Shown: positions 1 to 9,634, numbered from the stretch's first letter. The stretch is DNA of 26,430 nt from an uncultured Lachnospiraceae bacterium (GCA_964454825.1 CAYVUJ010000001.1:1-26430), one strand, 5' to 3'. A program made the numbers and translations. The notes: generated by a model from the letters alone, not told the origin.

Positions 1-1
1 G

Positions 2-2260
2 GATGAGGCGCCGGATATGGACGGGCTTTATCAGGTCGGATGTCTTGCGAGGATAAAGCAGCTCACCAAAACCGACGAGGATTTTCTGCGTATAAGCTGC
101 GAGGGGCTCTGCCGCGCCACGATCTCCCATCTTTCGACGGACAATGAGTATTACCGCGCACAGCTTGTCTCGAAAACGGTCACGCTGGACGAATTTTCCG
201 CCACTATTCGCTCGGAAGCGCTGCGAGATGAATGTGTGCGCTCGATCGAGGGAATACTTCGGTATATCCCGGGTGTGTCAAAGGACGCGCTCAACACGAT
301 AAGGTCGATCACAAATCCGGGGCTTCTTGCGGACTACGTGGCGGCGACGATCTTCGTCAGGCCGGAGGATAAACAGCAGGTCCTTTCGGTCTATGAGCCG
401 CTTGAGCGCCTTGAACGCACCCTTTTCCTCATCCGGAGCGAGGAGGAGCTTCTCCGCACAGAAATGCAGATCCACATGAAGGTGCGCGAGCAGATCGACG
501 AAAATCAACGCGACTACTACATGCGCGAACAGCTCAAAGTGCTCCAGAACGAGCTCGGCATGGACGGAGACGAGGAGATCGACGAGTACAGCGCTAAGGT
601 GCGCGACGCGATCCTCCCCGATGAGGTCAGAGAGCGCATGGAAAAGGAGGTCTCGCGCCTTGCAAAGACCGCCTTCGGCTCTCCGGAGGCCGCCGTGATC
701 CGCAATTATATCGACACCGTTCTCGAGATACCGTGGGGCAAGAAGACCGAGGACACGCTCGACGTTTCTCTTGCCCGCAAGATACTCGACGCCGATCACG
801 ACGGACTTGACAAGGTCAAGGAGCGCATCTGCGAGTACCTCGCGGTCAAACAGCTCAATCCCGAGCTTCGCAATCAGATCATCTGCCTCGTCGGACCTCC
901 CGGCGTCGGAAAGACCTCACTCGGAGCCTCGGTCGCACGTGCGATGGGACGCGAATATGTGCGCGTCTCCCTCGGCGGCGTGCGCGATGAGGCGGACATC
1001 CGCGGGCACAGAAAGACCTACATCGGCTCGATGCCCGGACGCATCATCACCGCGCTGACACAGGCGCACACGCTCAATCCCGTGATATTGCTCGACGAGG
1101 TGGACAAAATGTGCTCCTCGGTGCAGGGTGATCCGGAGGCGGCGCTTCTCGAGGTGCTCGACGCGGAGCAGAACAAGTCCTTCTGCGATCATTTCGTGGA
1201 GCTTGGGGTCGATCTGTCCGACTGCATGTTTATCTGCACGGCAAATTCTCTCGATCCGATCACCAGACCGCTTCTCGACCGTATGGAGGTCATAGAGCTC
1301 TCCACCTACACAAAGAGTGAAAAGACCATGATCGCAAGGCATCATCTCATCCCCAAGCAGCTGAAGCGCCACGGTCTGAACGGCCGCCGTCTGAAAATTA
1401 CGGATGAGGCGCTGTCGGTCCTTATCGACGGATATACGAGGGAGGCGGGTGTGCGCCATCTCGAGAGGTATATCGCCGAGCTTTGCAGAAAGTGCGCGAC
1501 GGTGATCATCTCCGGTGAGGCAAAGTCCCTCACCGTAAGCGAGCGCAATATCGAAAAGCTTCTCGGACCGAGAAAGTTCATTGACGACGAGCACGACCGC
1601 CGCGATCTTGTGGGCGTCGTGAACGGGCTTGCGTATACGAGTGTCGGCGGAGACATGCTCAAGATCGAGACCGCTGTCATGGACGGCACGGGCAAGCTCA
1701 ACCTCACCGGCACGCTCGGCGATGTGATGAAGGAGAGCGCCGTGATCGCGCTCAGCTATGTCCGCGCGCACGCAAAACAGCTCGGCGCAGACGGTGAGTT
1801 CTACAAAAACAAGGACATACACATACATATCCCGGAGGGAGCTGTGCCCAAGGACGGACCGAGCGCCGGGGTGACGCTTCTTACGTCGCTGGTGTCGGCT
1901 CTGTCAGGACGCGCGGTGTGCGCAGAGATAGCAATGACCGGTGAGATCACGCTGACCGGACGTGTGCTTGCGATCGGCGGTCTGAAGGAAAAGAGCGCCG
2001 CCGCGTACGCCGCGGGCATCAAGCGTGTAATTATCCCGGCGGAGAATGAGCGGGACCTGAGCGAGCTCGGAGAGGAGGTGCGCTCGGCACTCTCCTTTAT
2101 TCCCGTGAGAAGCGTCGACGAGGTGCTCGCACTCGCGCTGTGCCCGAAGGAGGATGCGGCGGCAGATGGCAAAGAGGCTCCGACGTGTGTGCCTCAAAAG
2201 GAAATAAGGGTGATTCCGGACGCGCCCAAGCCTGCCGCTCCCGGAGTGTACTGCAACTGA
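2..2260 (+). CDS. lon: ATP-dependent protease La (Lon), 5'-truncated by window edge
   Basis: Frame is open from the window start; the ORF track begins at an internal Met at 17. Walker A GPPGVGKT, RGHRKTYIG, Walker B ILLDEVDK, catalytic Ser in PKDGPSAG and Lys in IGGLKEK. Confidence 0.97.
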   Translation, partial: DEAPDMDGLYQVGCLARIKQLTKTDEDFLRISCEGLCRATISHLSTDNEYYRAQLVSKTVTLDEFSATIRSEALRDECVRSIEGILRYIPGVSKDALNTIRSITNPGLLADYVAATIFVRPEDKQQVLSVYEPLERLERTLFLIRSEEELLRTEMQIHMKVREQIDENQRDYYMREQLKVLQNELGMDGDEEIDEYSAKVRDAILPDEVRERMEKEVSRLAKTAFGSPEAAVIRNYIDTVLEIPWGKKTEDTLDVSLARKILDADHDGLDKVKERICEYLAVKQLNPELRNQIICLVGPPGVGKTSLGASVARAMGREYVRVSLGGVRDEADIRGHRKTYIGSMPGRIITALTQAHTLNPVILLDEVDKMCSSVQGDPEAALLEVLDAEQNKSFCDHFVELGVDLSDCMFICTANSLDPITRPLLDRMEVIELSTYTKSEKTMIARHHLIPKQLKRHGLNGRRLKITDEALSVLIDGYTREAGVRHLERYIAELCRKCATVIISGEAKSLTVSERNIEKLLGPRKFIDDEHDRRDLVGVVNGLAYTSVGGDMLKIETAVMDGTGKLNLTGTLGDVMKESAVIALSYVRAHAKQLGADGEFYKNKDIHIHIPEGAVPKDGPSAGVTLLTSLVSALSGRAVCAEIAMTGEITLTGRVLAIGGLKEKSAAAYAAGIKRVIIPAENERDLSELGEEVRSALSFIPVRSVDEVLALALCPKEDAAADGKEAPTCVPQKEIRVIPDAPKPAAPGVYCN

Positions 2261-2458
2261 GCGGGAGGCATACATACTGCCGCGGCGCGCAGGCGGCGCG
2301 GTGCGCCGTATACATCACAGATTCCCGCGAATGCAGGCGGGGCGGCATTCCCCCCGCTGCGCGGTGCGTCTCATGACGGTGTGCCGCACCGGGACAGACG
2401 CGCGCCGGAACAAACTTAAAGCGACACGCAAATCGACATACAGACAAAGGGAGTCATT

Positions 2459-3064
2459 ATGAAGATCAACATACAAAATGCCGCGCTTCGGGCTAGCTGC
2501 GGCGATGCCCGCCAGTTTCCGGCCGAGCCGCGCCCCCAGGTGGCATTTTCCGGACGGTCGAATGTCGGAAAGAGCTCTCTCGTGAATTCACTGCTCAACC
2601 GCAAGTCTCTTGCCCGAGTCAGCGCGACCCCGGGGAAAACGATCACCGTAAACTTTTACGACGTCGATAAGAAGCTCTTTCTTGTCGATCTGCCCGGATA
2701 CGGCTTTGCCAAGCGGGACAGAAGCGAGCAGGAGAAATGGTCGGCGCTGACCGATGGCTTTTTCACCGCAAATCCGAACGGCGATCTGCTCTGCCTCGTT
2801 GTACAGCTTGTGGACAGCCGCATCGGACCGACGGCGGACGACCGGATGATGCTTGGCTTTCTGAATGAGAGCGCCATACCGTATGTCATCGTCGGCACAA
2901 AGACTGATAAGCTCAATGCTACCGAGCGCAGAAGGTTCGACGAGCTCATCGCACAGTGCGATGAGGCGCGCGGCGCGCTCGCGGTCATCCCCTTTTCTGC
3001 AAAGAACTCAGAGGGCAAGGAGCAGCTCTGGCGTACGATCCTTTCCTCCTGCGAGCTTTTATGA
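2459..3064 (+). CDS. engB: Ribosome biogenesis GTP-binding protein YihA/YsxC
   Basis: G1 GRSNVGKSS, G3 DLPGYG, G4 TKTDK; RBS aagggag upstream; conserved position after lon. Confidence 0.96.
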   Translation: MKINIQNAALRASCGDARQFPAEPRPQVAFSGRSNVGKSSLVNSLLNRKSLARVSATPGKTITVNFYDVDKKLFLVDLPGYGFAKRDRSEQEKWSALTDGFFTANPNGDLLCLVVQLVDSRIGPTADDRMMLGFLNESAIPYVIVGTKTDKLNATERRRFDELIAQCDEARGALAVIPFSAKNSEGKEQLWRTILSSCELL

Positions 3065-3083
3065 CATTGAGAGGAGCAAGCAT

Positions 3084-3794
3084 ATGATCTTAAGCATACT
3101 CAGAGACGAGGGTCCCTTCGCCGAAAAAATGATGGCCCTCATAATGACCCTGGTGACTGTGCTGATCTCACTCACGGTCCACGAGGTCGCACACGGCTAT
3201 GCGGCATACAAGATGGGAGACCCGACCGCACGCAATTTCGGCCGGCTGACGCTTGATCCCACAAAGCATCTCGATCCCATAGGAACGCTCCTTATGCTCT
3301 TTGTCGGCGTTGGATACGCTAAGCCTGTGCCGGTGAATTCGCGCAATTTCCGAAACCCGAAGCGCGGCATGGCGATCACGGCGGCGGCCGGACCGATCGC
3401 GAATTTCCTGCTCGCGTTTTTCGCATCGTTTTTCTACGTCCTCGCAAGCAAGTTCTATCTGGAGATGTGCTTTTCCGGCGCCGATGGCTTTGGCCTGAAC
3501 GTGCTCCATGTGACCGTGATGTTCTTCTTCTATTTCCACTGGCTCAATCTGTCACTGGCGATATTCAACCTTCTCCCGATCCCGCCGTTTGACGGCTCGC
3601 GCCTTGCGTTCGTGTTTCTTCCGACAAAGGTATATTTCGCCGTTATGAAGTATGAGCGCTATATCATGCTTGCGGTACTGTTCATTCTCTGGTCGGGCTT
3701 TTCGCTCGGGATCGTCAGCAATGTCGCGAACTTTTTCAGCGATTTGTTCACCGATCTCTGGCTGCTCATCCCGTTTATGAGGACCGTGATATGA
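3084..3794 (+). CDS. Site-2 protease family (M50) membrane metalloprotease
   Basis: HEVAH zinc motif, AGPIAN and NLLPIPPFDG motifs, hydrophobic segments. Start moved to ATG 3084 (RBS gagga) from the longer ORF-track start at 2865. Confidence 0.92.
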   Translation: MILSILRDEGPFAEKMMALIMTLVTVLISLTVHEVAHGYAAYKMGDPTARNFGRLTLDPTKHLDPIGTLLMLFVGVGYAKPVPVNSRNFRNPKRGMAITAAAGPIANFLLAFFASFFYVLASKFYLEMCFSGADGFGLNVLHVTVMFFFYFHWLNLSLAIFNLLPIPPFDGSRLAFVFLPTKVYFAVMKYERYIMLAVLFILWSGFSLGIVSNVANFFSDLFTDLWLLIPFMRTVI

Positions 3795-4576
3795 CACTGT
3801 CATATAAGCTTGAAACCTTCGAGGGACCGCTCGATCTTCTTCTCTCGCTTATTTCCAAGAACAAGATCGACATAAACGATATTCCGATCGCCATGCTCTG
3901 CGATCAGTATATGGAGTATCTTTCGGCGGCCCAGCGGTTCGACATCGAGCTTTCCTCGGATTTCATCGTCATGGCAAGCGAGCTGATGCTCATAAAAAGC
4001 CGCATGCTCCTGCCGCGTGCCGATGAGGAGGAAGAGGACCCGCGCGAGGCGCTTGCCGCGTATATCAGAGAATACAAGCGGGCCAAGGAGGCAAGCTCCA
4101 TGCTCGGCGAGCTGTTCTCCGTCTACGGCCTGAGAATGGCGAAGGAGACCGATGAGATCAGCGTTGACAAGACCTTTGTGGCAGATCACGACGCCGCTCT
4201 TCTCGCAAAGGCGTATAACAGGGTCCTTTCGCAGATAAAGGTCTCCGATACCGAGGCGAAGAAGCGTTTTGAGCCGCTTCTCAAGCAGGCCCAGACCGTG
4301 TCCGTCTCCGAGGTGGTGGGGAGCCTTGCAAAAAGGCTCGTCAAAATGCGAAAAATGCAGATAGGCACACTCTTCGGCGAGGCGCGCTCCAAGTCCGAGC
4401 TTATCACGATCTTCATGGCGATGCTCGAGCTTCTCAAGTCCGGGCTCGTCACGCTCAGGGAGGAGCATTTCTCCGAGAGCGGTATTATCGACGCGTCAGC
4501 CGACGATGTGACCGTTTCCATCGGCGAGGATACGGATATATCGGCGCTCGAGGCTGTCGCCGACAGTATCGGCTGA
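3791..4576 (+). CDS. scpA: Segregation and condensation protein A
   Basis: N-terminal FEGPLDLLLSLI, ELMLIKSRMLLP, C-terminal FMAMLELLK winged helix; ATGA overlap with the upstream gene. Confidence 0.95.
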   Translation: MTLSYKLETFEGPLDLLLSLISKNKIDINDIPIAMLCDQYMEYLSAAQRFDIELSSDFIVMASELMLIKSRMLLPRADEEEEDPREALAAYIREYKRAKEASSMLGELFSVYGLRMAKETDEISVDKTFVADHDAALLAKAYNRVLSQIKVSDTEAKKRFEPLLKQAQTVSVSEVVGSLAKRLVKMRKMQIGTLFGEARSKSELITIFMAMLELLKSGLVTLREEHFSESGIIDASADDVTVSIGEDTDISALEAVADSIG

Positions 4577-4731
4577 GCAGCGCTGCTGCGGGGCGAATGT
4601 CGCGATGCGGCAGCCGGCCCGGAAAAGCTGCGGCCGTGCAGGCGCGGCGGCGCGTTGCGATGGCAGTGCAGACCGGCCCCGGCACGGAATCAGTATCATC
4701 AGATCAGTATGACAAAAGGGAGGTGTTCCCA

Positions 4732-5544
4732 TTGAACGGAAGTGATTTTTTTAAGGTAGAGGAGCTGTCGGATTCCATCGGAGTCGATATCGACGTCACG
4801 GGGGAGATCTCCCCGGTATTCGACGAAGCTCATGCTAGACGGGTCATCGAGGCGGTGCTCTTTGCCGCCGGACATCCCGTGACATATGCAAAGCTGGCCG
4901 AGGTGCTGTCGACCACTGCGGCGAGAGTTAGGGACACGGTCCGCAGCTACGCCGAGGAATACAACTCCCCGGACTGTCCGATAGAGCGCGGGATCATGCT
5001 CATATGCTATGATGATTCCTGCCAGCTGTCGAGCTGTGAGATGTACGGCGATCATATCCGTACGGCGCTCGGAATCAAGCGGGGCGGGAATCTTTCGCCC
5101 TCGTCGCTCGAGGTGCTCGCGATCATAGCGTACAATGAGCCTGTCACCAGAGTGTATGTGGATACCGTGCGCGGCGTCGATTCGTCCTACGCGGTCAATT
5201 CGCTCGTCGATCGTCAGCTCATCGAACCGTGCGGCAAGCTGGACGCACCGGGACGTCCGAATCTGTACCGGACGACGAAGAACTTCCTTCGCGTGTTCGG
5301 ACTCGATTCGCTTTCGGACCTTCCGGCGGTGTCGGACGCGCCAAAAAAAGCCGACAACGCAGGCACGCTCCCTCTGGAGGGTTTTGAAGTGCCGGAGAGT
5401 GCGGTTCCTCCGGAAGGCGAACCTTCCCGCGCCGAGACTGCCTTTGGCGGGGAGCTTCCCGGCGGCGAAGCCGGAGAGGGCTTTGAGACTCCCGGGGATT
5501 TGCCGTCCGGTGACAGCGCCGAAGGCGGCGGGGTCGTCTCTTGA
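4732..5544 (+). CDS. scpB: SMC-Scp complex subunit ScpB with acidic G/E/P-rich C-terminal tail
   Basis: IEAVLFAAG, LEVLAIIAYNEPVTR, RGVDS, GRPNLYRTTKNFLRVFGL. The likely start is TTG 4732 behind GGAGG (4719-4723); the ORF-track start at 4597 is probably not real. Confidence 0.93.
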   Translation: MNGSDFFKVEELSDSIGVDIDVTGEISPVFDEAHARRVIEAVLFAAGHPVTYAKLAEVLSTTAARVRDTVRSYAEEYNSPDCPIERGIMLICYDDSCQLSSCEMYGDHIRTALGIKRGGNLSPSSLEVLAIIAYNEPVTRVYVDTVRGVDSSYAVNSLVDRQLIEPCGKLDAPGRPNLYRTTKNFLRVFGLDSLSDLPAVSDAPKKADNAGTLPLEGFEVPESAVPPEGEPSRAETAFGGELPGGEAGEGFETPGDLPSGDSAEGGGVVS

Positions 5545-6194
5545 CGGCGCTGTGGATACTTTGCGGCATTGCGGCTGTCGTTTGTCTGATACTTCTCATA
5601 CCGATCGGGATAGAGCTGCGCTACGACGGCGAGATCACCCTTTGTGTTAGGGCGGCGTTTCTTCGCTTCAGGCTGATCCCGAAGCGAAGGAAAAAGATCA
5701 GACTGAGCAGTTTTTCGAAAAAGCGCTACGAGAAGATGCTCGCAAAGGAAAAGAAAAAAAACGAAAAGAAGCCGTCGGCAAGATCTTCCCGCGCCGCAAA
5801 GCATAGGGCGGCGGATCAAAAGAGCGGGGACGGCGTAAAAAAGACGAGCCTCGCCGCCGATCTTTGGGAGCTTAGGGATATCATGCTCGATATATTCGGC
5901 GATTTTTTTCGTAAAATACACACAAAATGTCTGAGAATACATCTAAGCATCGGAGCATCGGACGCGGCCTCCTGCGCGCTGCTTTACGGTGCGGCGTCGC
6001 AGTTTACGGCGTACGCGCTCGAGCTTGTCAGATCCCGGACACAGCTTAAATGCAGGGAGGACGTCGTGCTGGACGCCGATTTCACGTCCGAAGAGACGCG
6101 CTGCGATATCAGGCTTTGTTTCGGTGTCCGTGTGTGCAATGTGCTGGCAAGCATACTGCGTCTCGGCGTGGCATATTTCAGAAAAATGATATGA
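5541..6194 (+). CDS. DUF2953 (YtfI-like) membrane-anchored protein
   Basis: N-terminal hydrophobic helix, Lys-rich linker, DAASCALLYG motif; TTG start overlaps the scpB stop; standard position before ytfJ. Confidence 0.8.
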   Translation: MTALWILCGIAAVVCLILLIPIGIELRYDGEITLCVRAAFLRFRLIPKRRKKIRLSSFSKKRYEKMLAKEKKKNEKKPSARSSRAAKHRAADQKSGDGVKKTSLAADLWELRDIMLDIFGDFFRKIHTKCLRIHLSIGASDAASCALLYGAASQFTAYALELVRSRTQLKCREDVVLDADFTSEETRCDIRLCFGVRVCNVLASILRLGVAYFRKMI

Positions 6195-6242
6195 AAAATG
6201 ATATAAAGAAAATTAACGGGACAATCCCGAAAGGAGAATATT

Positions 6243-6659
6243 ATGGATCTCAAAGATACACTCCGGAGCGCTCTCGAGGGCATAACGAGCAACGCGGGGG
6301 CGAACACTGTGATCGGTGAGCCTATTGAAACGACGTACGGTACCGTGATCATTCCGGTGTCAAGGGTGATGCTCGGAAATGTGTCCGGCGGGCTTGACAA
6401 TTTGGGCACTCCAAAGACGGCTGAGGCGAAGTCCTCCGGCGCGAAGTTCATCGGCGGCGGCGGAAGCGGCGTTACGGTGAGCCCGGTGGCGTTTCTGATC
6501 GTCTCTCCGGACGGAGGAGTCGAGCTTCTGAGCATAAATCAGACTCCGGCGCCCGTGTCCGATCCGGTGTCCTCCATTGTCGGTGCTATCGAGCGCTCTC
6601 CCGAGCTTATCGAGCGCTTTAAGGCTGTTTTTTCAAAAAATAAGGACGACGCGCAATAA
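6243..6659 (+). CDS. ytfJ: GerW/YtfJ family sporulation-associated protein
   Basis: NTVIGEPI, VIIPVSRV and GGGGSGVTVSPVAFLIV motifs; RBS aaaggaga. Confidence 0.9.
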   Translation: MDLKDTLRSALEGITSNAGANTVIGEPIETTYGTVIIPVSRVMLGNVSGGLDNLGTPKTAEAKSSGAKFIGGGGSGVTVSPVAFLIVSPDGGVELLSINQTPAPVSDPVSSIVGAIERSPELIERFKAVFSKNKDDAQ

Positions 6660-6903
6660 GCCTCCGGCAATTGACGGGCGATGCCCGTGAAAATGCGTTT
6701 TACGATGCCGGGCGGCATCTTGCGCATCATTTTTCCTGAACATCCGCAGTTTTGCACGCGGCATATCGTTTGCGCCAAGGTGTCGATCTGCGTGCCGTGT
6801 ATGCGGGAAACGCCGCTTTTGTGCCGTTTCTCCAAAGATTTCATTGCATATAATGAATTAAACCGCCGAGAATAAATGCAAATCGATTTTTCGAGGTGGT
6901 TTT

Positions 6904-8049
6904 ATGAAAATTATCACGTATTCACTTGCGTTTCTTCTGCTTACAGCGATCATTTGCCCGCTTGTTTTGGCGAGTGCCGCCGATGTGACGGCTGCGGATG
7001 GCCCTGCGGCTGCGGACATCGGCGTGGCGGCGAAGAGCGCCGTTCTTCTTGACGGCAACACAGACAGCATCATATATGAAAAGAACTCCGCCCAGCGCCT
7101 GCCCATGGCCTCCACGACGAAGATCATGACCGCGCTCGTCGCGATCGAGCATATTCCGCTCGATCGTGAGGTGACAGTCGCTGCGGCGGCGTGCGGGGTA
7201 GAGGGCTCGTCTGTCTATCTGCGCGAGGGGGAGAAGTTCACGATGGAGGAGCTTCTGTACGCTCTGCTTCTGAACAGCGCAAACGACGCGGCGACGCAGA
7301 TCGCGATCGCGACTGCGGGCTCGGTCGAGGATTTTGCCGGTCTCATGAACGAAAAGGCGGCCGAGCTCGGTCTTGCGGATACTCATTTTACAAACCCGCA
7401 CGGGCTTGACAACGAGGAGCATTATACCAGCGCCCGCGATCTTGCAGTCATCGCGTCCGCCGCGCTCAAAAATCCGACCTTCCGGCAGATCTGCTCGACC
7501 TACCGTCACACGATCGGTACGGGGGAGAGCACGCGGTATCTGCTCAATCACAACCGCATGCTGAAGCTGTACAAGGATGCTATCGGCGTCAAGACCGGCT
7601 TCACCAAGCGGAGCGGGCGATGCCTTGTCAGCGCCGCCGAGCGTGACGGGGTCACGCTTGTGGCGGTCACCCTGAGTGATCCGGACGACTGGCGCGATCA
7701 CGAGGCGATGCTCGATTACGGCTTCGGGCAAATTGAGTCGGTATCCCTGTGTACCGCTGGATCGGTCCGGCGGGATATCCCGTGTACGGGCGGAGACTGT
7801 GAATCTGTGCGCATTTCGAACAGAGATGCGCTTGATGTGACGCTTCCGGTCGGTCACGGCGAGATCACGGTGACAGTTACCGCCGGGCATATTCTCTTTG
7901 CCCCTGTCGGAGAGGGAGATGCGCTCGGTACGGCGATCTTCTCGTGCGACGGCAAGGAGCTCGGACGGTGCACGCTGTATGCCGAGAACGGCTGTGAATA
8001 TATCGAACAGAAAGGCTTTTTCGAGCGGCTTCTTGACCTCTATCGGTGA
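6904..8049 (+). CDS. dacB: D-alanyl-D-alanine carboxypeptidase (peptidase S11, DacB/DacF-like)
   Basis: Signal peptide, SxxK (STTK), SxN (SAN), NPHGL, KTG; RBS gaggtg. The dacB versus dacF assignment rests on gene context only. Confidence 0.88.
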   Translation: MKIITYSLAFLLLTAIICPLVLASAADVTAADGPAAADIGVAAKSAVLLDGNTDSIIYEKNSAQRLPMASTTKIMTALVAIEHIPLDREVTVAAAACGVEGSSVYLREGEKFTMEELLYALLLNSANDAATQIAIATAGSVEDFAGLMNEKAAELGLADTHFTNPHGLDNEEHYTSARDLAVIASAALKNPTFRQICSTYRHTIGTGESTRYLLNHNRMLKLYKDAIGVKTGFTKRSGRCLVSAAERDGVTLVAVTLSDPDDWRDHEAMLDYGFGQIESVSLCTAGSVRRDIPCTGGDCESVRISNRDALDVTLPVGHGEITVTVTAGHILFAPVGEGDALGTAIFSCDGKELGRCTLYAENGCEYIEQKGFFERLLDLYR

Positions 8050-8065
8050 GTCGCTCCTATATAAC

Positions 8066-8809
8066 ATGGAAAAGATCAGACTCCAGAAATTCTTCACCGA
8101 CGCCGGGATATGCTCCCGGCGCGCGGCGGAGGCGATGATCTCTGAGGGGCGTGTCGCTGTGAACGGCGCCGTCGCCGCCCTCGGGGACCGCGCCGATCCC
8201 GCATCTGACGTGGTTACGCTTGACGGCGAGGTGATATCCTACCCGTCGGAGAAAGAACATACATATATCATGCTCAATAAGCCGATGGGCGTGGTCACCA
8301 CCGCATCGGACGAAAAGGGCCGCGCGGCGGTGACCTCACTTGTCGCGGACTGCGGCGTGAGGGTGTACCCCGTCGGCAGGCTGGACATGTATTCTCAGGG
8401 GCTCCTCCTCCTCACCGACGACGGAGAGCTTGCCAATGCCCTGATGCATCCGTCCCACGGCGCGGCGAAGGTCTACCGTCTCACGGTCAAGGGAGAGCAC
8501 GGCGAGGCTCTGTGCGCCTCGCTTTGCGGCGTGCGCACACTCGACGGATACCGCCTCGCCCCTGTGGAGTGCGAGTATGTCGGCTCCGGAAGGCGAACGA
8601 AGGACGATCGTCCCACATCGGTGTACCGTGTCACATTGCGCGAGGGACGAAACCGCCAGATCCGCCGCATGTGTGCCGAGATTGGGGTGAAGGTGGTGCG
8701 CCTGGAGCGCGTGGCGGTCGGGGCGCTCCGGCTCGGGGATCTGCCGCTCGGAAAGTGGCGGCATCTGACGGCCGAGGAGGTCGCCGCGCTCAAGGATGGC
8801 ACAAAGTGA
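8066..8809 (+). CDS. rluB: rRNA pseudouridine synthase (RluB/RsuA family)
   Basis: S4 domain RLQKFFTDAGICSRRAAE, YIMLNKP, catalytic VGRLD, EGRNRQIRRM. Start set at ATG 8066. Confidence 0.93.
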   Translation: MEKIRLQKFFTDAGICSRRAAEAMISEGRVAVNGAVAALGDRADPASDVVTLDGEVISYPSEKEHTYIMLNKPMGVVTTASDEKGRAAVTSLVADCGVRVYPVGRLDMYSQGLLLLTDDGELANALMHPSHGAAKVYRLTVKGEHGEALCASLCGVRTLDGYRLAPVECEYVGSGRRTKDDRPTSVYRVTLREGRNRQIRRMCAEIGVKVVRLERVAVGALRLGDLPLGKWRHLTAEEVAALKDGTK

Positions 8810-8872
8810 TGAGCCGATAAACCGCGTGCTTTTAGTAGGTTGACAGATTATGAGCCAGAGAGGTGGACGGAA

Positions 8873-9634
8873 ATGATAACAGAAGCATTTGATAATCAAT
8901 CCGAAGCAATAATAAATCCCCATATCAATGAAAACGCCGCGGCAGTTGACGGATGCATCCTTACATTTTCCGATGTAATAGAAAAATATGTGCTTGAAAA
9001 CTACGACTGCACAAGAATCGGGTCATTCAGATTTGCCTGCGGAGAAACGCCGATATACAAGATTTCGTATGAAAACAGGGAATTCGCTTTCTATAAAACG
9101 TATGTGGGCGCTCCGGCATGTGTCTGTACGGTTGAGGCTTCGTTTTCGGTTATTAAGACCGACAGATACATAGTGTTCGGAGGTGCGGGGTGTCTTGATA
9201 AGGAGATTGCCCGCGGTAAGGTAATGGTGCCTACTCAGGCATATCGTGATGAGGGGACCTCATACCATTACGTACCGGCATCTGATTATATTGAGGTGAG
9301 AAATTCGGATAAGGTTGCCGAATTTATGGAGATAAGCGGCATTCCGTACGTAACAGGAAAAACATGGACGACGGATGCTTTAAACAGAGAGACGAGGGAT
9401 AATTTTGCCAAGCATAAGAAGGACGGTTGTATTTCTGTAGAAATGGAATGTTCTGCTTTGCAGGCAATGTGCGATTTCAGAGGACTGAACCTCTATGTTT
9501 TTTTCACAAGCGGAGATCTGCTTGATGCTCCTAAGTGGGATGAGCGAAGAAAGCCGGGACAAGTGAAAAACGGTCAGCATGACTCCGATCATTTTGAAAT
9601 AGCGCTGGAGCTGGCATTGCATTTGGCACTCTGA
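8873..9634 (+). CDS. Nucleoside phosphorylase (PNP/UDP family 1)
   Basis: GAP, FGGAGCL, RDEGTSYHY, WTTDA-RET and VEMECS motifs. ATG 8873 has RBS gagaggtgg; TTG 8840 is an alternative start. Visibly lower GC than its neighbours. Confidence 0.88.
   Translation: MITEAFDNQSEAIINPHINENAAAVDGCILTFSDVIEKYVLENYDCTRIGSFRFACGETPIYKISYENREFAFYKTYVGAPACVCTVEASFSVIKTDRYIVFGGAGCLDKEIARGKVMVPTQAYRDEGTSYHYVPASDYIEVRNSDKVAEFMEISGIPYVTGKTWTTDALNRETRDNFAKHKKDGCISVEMECSALQAMCDFRGLNLYVFFTSGDLLDAPKWDERRKPGQVKNGQHDSDHFEIALELALHLAL

Noticed and set aside
278-1828. Minus-strand ORFs (173, 303 aa) opposite lon
   Set aside because: Antisense shadows with no recognisable motifs.
6847-6854. CATATAAT as a sigmaE/sigmaK -10 for dacB
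   Set aside because: Suggestive given B. subtilis dacB regulation, but I see no matching -35; too weak to call.
6922-8097. 391-aa ORF antisense to dacB
   Set aside because: Antisense shadow; the plus-strand gene has all S11 catalytic motifs.
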